Shown: piece by piece, positions 16,330 to 23,790 of the stretch | Position numbering within the stretch: position 1 is the first letter of the stretch | Layout of the letters: every line of letters begins with the position of its first letter | Source of the DNA: an uncultured Gammaproteobacteria bacterium | Lineage (GTDB): Bacteria; Patescibacteriota; Patescibacteriia; Magasanikbacterales; GWA2-37-8 | DNA length: 64,000 nt | NCBI GenBank assembly: GCA_964482695.1 | Contig: CAYZYP010000001.1 | Location: forward strand, 4,143 to 68,142 | Direction: 5' to 3' | Program-made: the position numbers and the translations under genes | Notes under the pieces: generated by a model | The model's database searches: none | What the model saw: the letters and a program-made list of their open reading frames with translations, nothing else | Told to the model about the DNA's origin: nothing

Positions 16330-17313
16330 TTAATGCAAGTTTTTTAGAAAGCTCTCTAATTCTAATGGTAGTTCTATGGTAAATTTTTTCTTTTCATTTT
16401 TTAAATTCACAAAACCTAATTGACAACAATGCAAAAATAGCCGCCCGCATTTTTCGTCCCACTTTCGTTTTTGTTTTTTTTGAAAATATAACGGATCGCC
16501 AACTATAGGGTGATTATACGCCAAAAAATGCGTGCGGATTTGGTGCATACGGCCGGTATAGATTTTAACGCGCAAAAGAGTAAAATTCACAAAACGTTTT
16601 TCAACCAAAAATTCTGTTTTAGCTTCACGGCCATCATCCGACGTCAGTCCATCTTTAAGGTAAGGAATAGCCGCCATCCGGTCGCTATTTTTTGTTCTTT
16701 TAATTGGAAAATTAATTTCATCCCAATCTTTATGTATTTTACCGTGAACCAAGACTAAATATTCTTTTTCTATTTCTCTTTTTTTGAATTGTTCTTTTAA
16801 ACACCCAAACATTTTTTGTGTTCGTGCTACTACCAAAAGACCAGACGCTTCCTTGTCTAGACGGTGAACAATGCCAGGGCGTGTTTCCGGATCATCGCCA
16901 ACTTTTTTAATTTCCGGATATTTCTTTGCCAAAACAGAAGCCACACTCATCGATTCGCGAGCCATGGTTGGGTGAGTAAGCAAGCCAGATGGTTTGTTTA
17001 TTACCAGATAATCGTCGGTTTCGGCGACAATGTTTAATTTAGAATATTTAGCAGAGTTGGCAGCCGGCTTGGGCTGTTTAATTGTTTTAGGTAATTTAGG
17101 TTTTTTGATTATCTTAGATAGTATAATTTTGTCGCCATCTTTTATTAAATTACCGGCTTTTTTAGGTTGTTTATCATTAATTGTTATTTGTTTATTATCT
17201 ATCATTTTTCGTACTTGCGAGCGAGAGACGCCTAATTTTTTTGTCAAAAAAATATCCAGCCGTTGATTGGCAAGTGGCGCGGAAACTGTAAATGTGGTCG
17301 TAAGAGAAGTCAT
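16330..17313 (-). CDS. rluD: RluA/RluD family pseudouridine synthase with S4 domain
   Basis: S4 'RLD.FL...SRS', 'NKPSGL', 'HRLDKEASGL', 'TGRMHQIR'; start moved to 17313 to avoid the tRNA. Confidence 0.9.
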   Translation of the reverse strand: MTSLTTTFTVSAPLANQRLDIFLTKKLGVSRSQVRKMIDNKQITINDKQPKKAGNLIKDGDKIILSKIIKKPKLPKTIKQPKPAANSAKYSKLNIVAETDDYLVINKPSGLLTHPTMARESMSVASVLAKKYPEIKKVGDDPETRPGIVHRLDKEASGLLVVARTQKMFGCLKEQFKKREIEKEYLVLVHGKIHKDWDEINFPIKRTKNSDRMAAIPYLKDGLTSDDGREAKTEFLVEKRFVNFTLLRVKIYTGRMHQIRTHFLAYNHPIVGDPLYFQKKQKRKWDEKCGRLFLHCCQLGFVNLKNEKKKFTIELPLELESFLKNLH

Positions 17314-17319
17314 ATATAG

Positions 17320-17393
17320 TGGGCATGGATGGACTCGAACCATCGACATCCACCTTATAAGGGTGGCGCTCTAACCAACTGAGCTACATGCCC
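17320..17393 (-). tRNA. tRNA-Ile with anticodon UAU (CCA not encoded)
   Basis: GGGCATG TA GCTC AGTTGGTTA GAGC G CCACC CT-TAT-AA GGTGG ATGTC GATGG TTCGAGT CCATC CATGCCC A folds as a perfect cloverleaf. Confidence 0.95.
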
Positions 17394-17473
17394 GTTAGCT
17401 GGGCATTATACCACTTTTCTTGATTTTTTCAAGGGTTGCCAAGAATTGTTAAAATTGCTAAAATACTATCATT

Positions 17474-18010
17474 ATGAATTTTGATGAAAAATCATTTTTT
17501 AAGATAAACGGATTATCTGGCAAAAACAAATTTTTTGATTATTTTAGTGTTTTTGGTGGTCGTTGGGTGTTGTTCATAATGGGCGGATTTTATGTGGTTT
17601 TGTCTTATCAAAGATTAATGTTAATTACCTTTTTTTATTACGCAATAGCCCTAGCAGGTTTTATTTTTTTTGTCTGGATTTTTAATTGTTTAATTGGAAA
17701 AATAGTGAAGCGTCAACGTCCTTATTTTACTTATTTCGGTAAAGTGAAAAGACTATATAGGCCAATGTTGGGTGAATGGAAATCATTTCCTTCTGATCAC
17801 GCTTCTTTTTCTTTAACCATTTTTTTCTTTTTATTACTGATGCGACCGGAATTGTGGTTGTTTTTTTTATTTATGACGTTGTGGATTTGTTGGGGGCGAG
17901 TTTATGGCGGAGTGCATTACCCGGCTGATATTTTGGCCGGTTGGTTAACAGCAATATTAAATATCACAGCTCTTTTGTCTTTAATTGTATTTATTATTAC
18001 TTATTTATGA
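17474..18010 (+). CDS. PAP2 family phosphatase (undecaprenyl-PP phosphatase-like)
   Basis: K...KRQRP, SFPSDHA, GRVYGGVHYPAD motifs. Confidence 0.9.
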   Translation: MNFDEKSFFKINGLSGKNKFFDYFSVFGGRWVLFIMGGFYVVLSYQRLMLITFFYYAIALAGFIFFVWIFNCLIGKIVKRQRPYFTYFGKVKRLYRPMLGEWKSFPSDHASFSLTIFFFLLLMRPELWLFFLFMTLWICWGRVYGGVHYPADILAGWLTAILNITALLSLIVFIITYL

Positions 18011-18702
18011 AAGCAATAATCTTAGCCGGAGGCTTGGGAACACGTTTGCGTCCGTTAACCGATACTACCCCCAAACCACTTTTGCCAATCAAAGGTAAAC
18101 CGACTATGCAGTGGGCAATTGAAAATTTAAAAAAGCATGGTATTTTTAATATTACTTTGGCTATTAGTTTTTTTGCTGACAAAATTAAAGAATATTTTGA
18201 TAATGGTAGCCAGTTAGGTGTTAATTTGACGTATTCAATAGAGGCCGAGCCAATGGGCACAGGCGGTGCTGTTAGGCAAGCGGCCGAGCAAGTGGGGGAA
18301 AATGAGTTCGTTTTAATTTGGGGTGATAATTTAATGGATATTGATATTGGGCAGATGTTACTTCGGCACCAAAATTATAATGGTTTAATAACCATGGCTT
18401 TAACTCCGCGAGAAGACGTGGAAAATTTTGGAGTGGCTACTTTAGACGGCAATAAAATTATCGGCTTTGTGGAAAAACCAAAAAGAGAACAGGCGCCCAG
18501 TAATTTAATTAATGCTGGCGCGTTTGTCATTAATAAAAAGGCGTTGGATATTTTGCCTAATGGTTTTTCCATGATTGAAAAACAATGTTTTGAATTGTTG
18601 GCAAAACAGGGGATGGTTTATGGCTTTACGCATAGTGGACAATGGTTTCCGACAGATACTATAGAAAAATACGAAAAAGCGAATAGGAAATTTAACATTT
18701 GA
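18007..18702 (+). CDS. Sugar-phosphate nucleotidyltransferase (mannose-1-P guanylyltransferase-like)
   Basis: 'MKAIILAGGLGTRLRPLT..PKPLL', 'GTGGA', 'FVEKP'; start moved to ATG 18007. Confidence 0.9.
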   Translation: MKAIILAGGLGTRLRPLTDTTPKPLLPIKGKPTMQWAIENLKKHGIFNITLAISFFADKIKEYFDNGSQLGVNLTYSIEAEPMGTGGAVRQAAEQVGENEFVLIWGDNLMDIDIGQMLLRHQNYNGLITMALTPREDVENFGVATLDGNKIIGFVEKPKREQAPSNLINAGAFVINKKALDILPNGFSMIEKQCFELLAKQGMVYGFTHSGQWFPTDTIEKYEKANRKFNI

Positions 18703-18713
18703 GATAAGTTGAT

Positions 18714-19571
18714 ATGAGTAAGAAAAAAATTATAATCATTTTAATTTTAATCGCCATTCCTGTCTTTGTTTATTTTAGGCGAGAGCACAATAAACCAGCG
18801 CCGCAATTATTGCCAATCCGCGAAGAAATTGATATTACTATTATTCCCGGCTGGAATTTGCGCCAAATAGCGGCTGATTGGCAGAAAAAGGGACTGATAA
18901 AAAACGAAGATGAATTATATAAAAGAGTGGGTAAGCCGGCGTATGATTACACAGCCAATGGCCAAAAAGCGCCTATTTTAAGTTTTACCGACAATTATGG
19001 CAAAGATTTATATCCCTTGTTAGCGACTAGGCAAAAAGACGTTTCTTACGAGGGTTATTTTTTTCCAGATACTTATCGTATTTACAAAGATGCCAAACTA
19101 GAAGATATTTTAGAAAAAATTTTTACTAATTTAGAAGATAAAATAACCGTTGAGATGAGAGCGGAAATGAATAAGCAAAAACTCAATTTATTTACTGTTT
19201 TAACCATGGCCTCGTTGGTAGAAAGAGAGGCCCAGACAGAAACTGATATGAAAAAGGTGGCTGATATTTTTTGGCGGCGGTATGAAAAGGACTGGGCGCT
19301 CCAATCCTGCGCCTCGGTAAATTATGTGACTGGTAAAAGTACGCCTGCTATTTCGGCCGAAGATCAGAAAATAGATTCGCTGTATAATACTTATAAATAT
19401 CCTGGGTTGCCTTTGGGGCCGGTTGGCAATCCTAGTTTAACTGCTATAAAGGCCGTGCTTTATCCAGAAAAAAATAGTTATTGGTATTTTATGTCTGGGA
19501 CTGATGGGAAAATAAGATACGCGACAACGTTAGACGAACATAACGCGAATGTTTGGCAATATTTGCGATAA
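18714..19571 (+). CDS. mltG: Endolytic transglycosylase MltG
   Basis: N-terminal TM; 'EGYFFPDTY', 'ASLVERE', 'YNTY.YPGLP.GP..NPS'. Confidence 0.9.
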   Translation: MSKKKIIIILILIAIPVFVYFRREHNKPAPQLLPIREEIDITIIPGWNLRQIAADWQKKGLIKNEDELYKRVGKPAYDYTANGQKAPILSFTDNYGKDLYPLLATRQKDVSYEGYFFPDTYRIYKDAKLEDILEKIFTNLEDKITVEMRAEMNKQKLNLFTVLTMASLVEREAQTETDMKKVADIFWRRYEKDWALQSCASVNYVTGKSTPAISAEDQKIDSLYNTYKYPGLPLGPVGNPSLTAIKAVLYPEKNSYWYFMSGTDGKIRYATTLDEHNANVWQYLR

Positions 19572-19590
19572 AAAAGATGTTTAATATTAT

Positions 19591-20859
19591 ATGTTAACCT
19601 TGGAATTTGATTACAATTTGCCAAAAGAATTAATTGCCCAAACACCAGCTAGCCCGCGTGATTCTTCGCGTTTGATGGTGGTTGATAGGAATAATCACGA
19701 TATTCAGCATAAACAGTTTAAGGATATTATTCAATATTTATCCAAAGGTGATCTGTTAGTTTGGAATAACACCAAAGTTTTTAAGGCGCGATTACAAGGT
19801 CGGGTTTTATTGGACGAGGAGACGGACAATATTTCTGACAGGCGAGAAAAAAAACTGGGTTTAACGGACAGGATTTTAAACATGCCGGCAATGGAGATTT
19901 TTTTGGTTCGGCCGATGGAAAATTTTGGCGTTTGGAAAGTGTTGGCTAAACCTGGTAGAAAATTACGCTTGGGGATGAAAATAGTTTTTGCCGAGGATTT
20001 TATTTGCGAAGTGATGATTAAAGAAAGCGACGGGACCATTTTGGTTCAATTCAGCGAAGACGACATGAGCGTACGGGCCAAGGCGAATAAGTATGGAAGT
20101 GTGCCTGTGCCGCCATACATTGAATTTGATAGTCGCTCTGTCATCCCGAGGAGGAGGAACGACGACGAGGGATCTCTGTCTGGACAATTGAGACAGAGAT
20201 CCCTCACTTCGTTCGGGATGACAAAAGAGTTGGCAGAACAATATCAAACCGTCTATGCTAAACACGAGGGTTCGGTGGCGGCACCTACCGCTGGCTTTCA
20301 TTTTACACCAGAATTGATAGAACAGTTAAAACAAAAAGGCGTTGAATTCGCCGAAGTAACTTTGCATGTTGGTTTGGGAACTTTTTTACCGGTTAAGACT
20401 GAAAAAGTGGAGGATCATAAAATGCATAGTGAGTGGATAGAATTAACAGCCGCTAACGCGGATAAAATAAATACAGCCAAAGCAGAAGGCAGGCGGGTTA
20501 TAGCAGTTGGTACTACAACAGTGAGGACATTGGAGGGCGTGAATTTATTTTGTCATCCCCGCGAAAGCGGGGATCCAGCCCAAAAGTTACAGACACTGGA
20601 TTCCCGCCTGCGCGGGGATGACAGTCGCGTTTATTACTTAAAACCATATACCGGCGACATTAACATTTTTATTACTCCCGGCTTCAAATTCCAGATTATA
20701 GACGCGCTAGTAACTAATTTTCACTTGCCAAAATCAACTTTAATTATGCTGGTTAGCGCGTTTGTTGGCGACACCAATTTTGTCTCGGATTGTTATCAAA
20801 AAGCGGTAGAAGCTAAATATCGCTTTTATAGTTTTGGAGATGCGATGTTGATTAAATAA
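19591..20859 (+). CDS. queA: SAM:tRNA ribosyltransferase-isomerase with two in-frame palindromic insertions
   Basis: 'FDY.LP.ELIAQ.P', 'YQTVYA', 'AAPTAGFHF', 'LHVGLGTF', 'TNFHLPKSTL', 'YRFYSFGDAM'. Confidence 0.95.
   Translation: MLTLEFDYNLPKELIAQTPASPRDSSRLMVVDRNNHDIQHKQFKDIIQYLSKGDLLVWNNTKVFKARLQGRVLLDEETDNISDRREKKLGLTDRILNMPAMEIFLVRPMENFGVWKVLAKPGRKLRLGMKIVFAEDFICEVMIKESDGTILVQFSEDDMSVRAKANKYGSVPVPPYIEFDSRSVIPRRRNDDEGSLSGQLRQRSLTSFGMTKELAEQYQTVYAKHEGSVAAPTAGFHFTPELIEQLKQKGVEFAEVTLHVGLGTFLPVKTEKVEDHKMHSEWIELTAANADKINTAKAEGRRVIAVGTTTVRTLEGVNLFCHPRESGDPAQKLQTLDSRLRGDDSRVYYLKPYTGDINIFITPGFKFQIIDALVTNFHLPKSTLIMLVSAFVGDTNFVSDCYQKAVEAKYRFYSFGDAMLIK
20139..20223. repeat. Palindromic element (TGTCATCC...GGATGACA) in queA
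   Basis: Terminal IR tgtcatcccga/tcgggatgaca plus internal 15-bp stem gagggatctctgtct/agacagagatccctc. Confidence 0.9.
20551..20623. repeat. Palindromic element (RPE/dRS3-like) in queA
   Basis: tgtcatccccgcgaaagcggggatccag...ctggattcccgcctgcgcggggatgaca; encodes CHPRESGDP...LDSRLRGDD. Confidence 0.9.
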
Positions 20860-20861
20860 TT

Positions 20862-21566
20862 ATGTTGGATAAACTAAGGTTAGACTTGCAAAAAATAGCT
20901 GACCCGATAAAAGCGAAAAATTACGCGCGGTTTTTTAAAACTGGAAAAGGGGAGTATGGCGAAGGCGATAATTTTTTGGGTGTAGTTGTTCCAAACCAAA
21001 GACAAATTGCGGTTAAGTATAAAGATTTAAGTTTGGTTGATTTACAGAAATTATTGTCATCAAATATTCACGAATACCGGTTAACCGCTTTGTTTATTTT
21101 GGTTTCACAATATAAACAATTTAAAAAAGACAAGGAAAAGCGCGGAGTTATTATAAAATTTTATTTAAAAAATACAAAAAATATTAACAACTGGGATTTG
21201 GTAGATTCTTCGGCTCATTATATATTAGGTGATTATTTGCTTGATAAAAAAGACAGAAGTATTTTGTATAAATTAGCTAAATCAAAAAATTTATGGGAAA
21301 GGCGAATCGCTATTATTTCCACATTTGCTTTTATTAGAGCCAGGCAATTTGATAATACTATAAAAATTTCCGAAATTTTATTAAAAGACAAACATGATTT
21401 AATTCACAAAGCGGTCGGTTGGATGTTGCGTGAAGTAGGGAAGAGAAATAAAAAGGTTGAAGAAGGATTTTTACAAAAATATTACAGGCAAATGTCGCGA
21501 ACAATGTTGCGCTACGCGATAGAAAAGCTTCCAGAGAATGAAAGAAAAAGGTATTTAGATAAATGA
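20862..21566 (+). CDS. DNA alkylation repair protein (AlkD-like)
   Basis: 'FFKTGKGEYGEGD', 'NNWDLVD', 'WERRIA', 'KAVGWMLRE', 'RYAIEK'. Confidence 0.88.
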   Translation: MLDKLRLDLQKIADPIKAKNYARFFKTGKGEYGEGDNFLGVVVPNQRQIAVKYKDLSLVDLQKLLSSNIHEYRLTALFILVSQYKQFKKDKEKRGVIIKFYLKNTKNINNWDLVDSSAHYILGDYLLDKKDRSILYKLAKSKNLWERRIAIISTFAFIRARQFDNTIKISEILLKDKHDLIHKAVGWMLREVGKRNKKVEEGFLQKYYRQMSRTMLRYAIEKLPENERKRYLDK

Positions 21567-21584
21567 ATATTCAAAAATCCGAGT

Positions 21585-22268
21585 TTATAACTCGGATTTT
21601 AATTTAAGTGGATTGAAGTTAGTATTTACATCGTAGAAATCTTCATTTTCTTTTTTCTTGAGCCAACTAACCACACGATAAGTAACTGGCAGTAAAATAA
21701 TCTCGGTGCCGATTTTGAAGATATAGTTAGAAATCCAGATAATCCAAATTAAATTCCATGGCACAACACCGGCAAAAGCTATTAGTAAGAAAATAGTAGT
21801 GTCAAATAGCTGGCCAAATACAGTAGAGCCAATGGTTCGAAGCCAAAGCATTTTACCTTTGGTTTTTATTTTTAATTTAGCTAAGATGTAGCTGTTTATA
21901 AATTCTCCGCATAAGTAAGCGGCAAAACTACCCAAGACGATTCTGGGCACTACCCCCAATAGGGATCCAAAAGCGTTAGATTGGGCGATAGCAAATTCAT
22001 CCGCGGCTGATGGCAAAGTAGAGACAAGCCAAAAAACAATTATCATCAGTAAATTCATGGCAAAACCAGCCCAGATAACCCGTCTGGCACGGCCGTAGCC
22101 ATAAACTTCTGTTAGGATGTCGCCAAAAATATAGGCTAGCGGGAATATTATTGTACCACCATCAAAACTAAACCAGCCCAAAGACAATATTTTGGTGCTG
22201 GTAATATTAGAAAGAAGAAGCACGGTGACAAAAAAAGCAGTAATGAAATCCAAATATTTGTATTTCAT
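21585..22268 (-). CDS. yhhQ: Queuosine precursor transporter (Vut_1/YhhQ)
   Basis: 'FP..YI.GD.LTEVYG', 'PRI..GS..AY', 'W.RT.GST..GQ..DT'; close to queA. Confidence 0.88.
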   Translation of the reverse strand: MKYKYLDFITAFFVTVLLLSNITSTKILSLGWFSFDGGTIIFPLAYIFGDILTEVYGYGRARRVIWAGFAMNLLMIIVFWLVSTLPSAADEFAIAQSNAFGSLLGVVPRIVLGSFAAYLCGEFINSYILAKLKIKTKGKMLWLRTIGSTVFGQLFDTTIFLLIAFAGVVPWNLIWIIWISNYIFKIGTEIILLPVTYRVVSWLKKKENEDFYDVNTNFNPLKLKSEL

Positions 22269-22314
22269 ATAGAAATTTTATTGCCTTAATGTCACCTGAG
22301 GCGTATTATTTAAA

Positions 22315-22343
22315 GTAGGGAACGGTTTTAAACCGTTCCCTAT
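22315..22343. repeat. GTAG-type REP-like palindrome downstream of rplK
   Basis: gtagggaacggttt-t-aaaccgttccctat. Confidence 0.8.
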
Positions 22344-22349
22344 AAATTT

Positions 22350-22772
22350 TTATTCAACTACGACTCCCATTTGCCTGGCCGTACCCTCTACCATCCTCAT
22401 GGCCGCTTCAACATCATTAGCGTTTAAGTCTGGCATTTTCTTTTCAGCTATTTCGCGTACCTGAGCTTTGGTAATTTTGCCAACCTTTTCTTGCAAAGGC
22501 TTGGCCGACCCCTTGGTAATGCCGGCCGCTTTTTTAATTAATTCCGGTACCGGTGGGGTTTTCATGATAAAGGTGAAACTCCGATCATCGTAAACAGTAA
22601 TAATTACTGGCACTACTTCACCTTTTTTATCTTTGGTTTTGTCGTTGAATTCTTTACAAAAACCTTGGATATTGACACCATGCTGGCCCAAAGCCGGGCC
22701 AATAGGTGGCGCTGGGTTAGCCGCTCCACCAGGAATTTGTAATTTTATTTGTGTTAAGATTTTTTTAGCCAT
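22350..22772 (-). CDS. rplK: 50S ribosomal protein L11
   Basis: '[18 protein letters not shown]', 'KMPDLNA', 'GTARQMG'. Confidence 0.98.
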   Translation of the reverse strand: MAKKILTQIKLQIPGGAANPAPPIGPALGQHGVNIQGFCKEFNDKTKDKKGEVVPVIITVYDDRSFTFIMKTPPVPELIKKAAGITKGSAKPLQEKVGKITKAQVREIAEKKMPDLNANDVEAAMRMVEGTARQMGVVVE

Positions 22773-22848
22773 ATGTTTAATTTTATTTTAAAGTTAGGAT
22801 TGAGAAGCCTCTTAGTAGAGCAATCCTGTTTTTGATTAACTTCACGCG

Positions 22849-23394
22849 TCACAATTTTTTTACTTGCATCGCGTCCAATTCTGCTGGCGTTTCACGACCA
22901 AACATCGTAATAAGTACCTTTACCTTACCTCTTTCCTCGTCAACCTCACTAATTTTACCTTCAAAGTTTTTAAATGGGCCATCAGTAATGCGCACAGGTT
23001 GGCCAACTTCCAAATCAAGTTTATGTTGCGGATCTTCGGCCTGCATTCTTTTTAGTAAAACATCTACCTCTTTTTGATCAATAGGGGTCGGTGTTGTGCC
23101 AGAGCCAACAAAACCGGTTACGTTTGGCGTGTTACGCACCACATACCAAGAATCATCGGTAACTGTCATTTCTACCAACACATAACCAGGAAATATTTTT
23201 TCTTCTATTGTAGAACGTTTGCCATTTTTAATTTTTATCTTTTTTTCTTTTGGCACTAAAACATTAAAAATTTTATCTTGCATGTCAAAAGATTCAACGC
23301 GTTGCGCCAAATTGCTTTTAACGTTTTCTTCATAGCCGCTATAGGTGTGCAGTACATACCAGCGACGACCTAAATTGAGAGTTTGTTTAGCCAT
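22849..23394 (-). CDS. nusG: Transcription factor NusG
   Basis: 'WYVLHTYSGYE', 'FPGYVLVEM', 'VTGFVG', KOW 'DGPF..F.G', 'FGRETP'. Confidence 0.98.
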   Translation of the reverse strand: MAKQTLNLGRRWYVLHTYSGYEENVKSNLAQRVESFDMQDKIFNVLVPKEKKIKIKNGKRSTIEEKIFPGYVLVEMTVTDDSWYVVRNTPNVTGFVGSGTTPTPIDQKEVDVLLKRMQAEDPQHKLDLEVGQPVRITDGPFKNFEGKISEVDEERGKVKVLITMFGRETPAELDAMQVKKL

Positions 23395-23446
23395 AGTATA
23401 AAAAAACTAAATTCTATTTTTGGTTTTATTATCTAGAATTTAGAGC

Positions 23447-23638
23447 TTATTTAATAATTGATTCTATTCCAAGATTAAAAATATAATCTAAAATACTAAA
23501 AAATAGCGCGACTCCAACACTCAAAGCAATTACCAAAATACTATAATTAATAGTTTGCTTTTTGGTTGGCCAGGTTACTTTTTTTAGTTCAAGGTAAGAA
23601 CCAATAAAGTAATTTTTAATAGAATTTATAACTGCCAT
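23447..23638 (-). CDS. secE: Preprotein translocase SecE
   Basis: 'ELKKVTWPT' plus one TM; directly upstream of nusG. Confidence 0.95.
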   Translation of the reverse strand: MAVINSIKNYFIGSYLELKKVTWPTKKQTINYSILVIALSVGVALFFSILDYIFNLGIESIIK

Positions 23639-23790
23639 ATTTTTTGTTTTTTAAAACAGCCTTTTCGGCTGTATTTCAAAAATAATTATAGCCTAAAGGG
23701 TGCTATTTTGTCAAATGGGTTATACACAGAACCACTAATCTATTTTATTAGTTTTGTTGATTAGTGTAAATTCGTGAAAAAATTTGTGGT

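Noticed and set aside
17314-17349. rluD N-terminal extension in the ORF track (start 17349)
   Set aside because: It overlaps the tRNA; ATG 17313 is the plausible start.
19963-20301. Antisense ORF with CHPERSEGS inside queA
   Set aside because: It is the reverse reading of the palindromic insert, not a gene.
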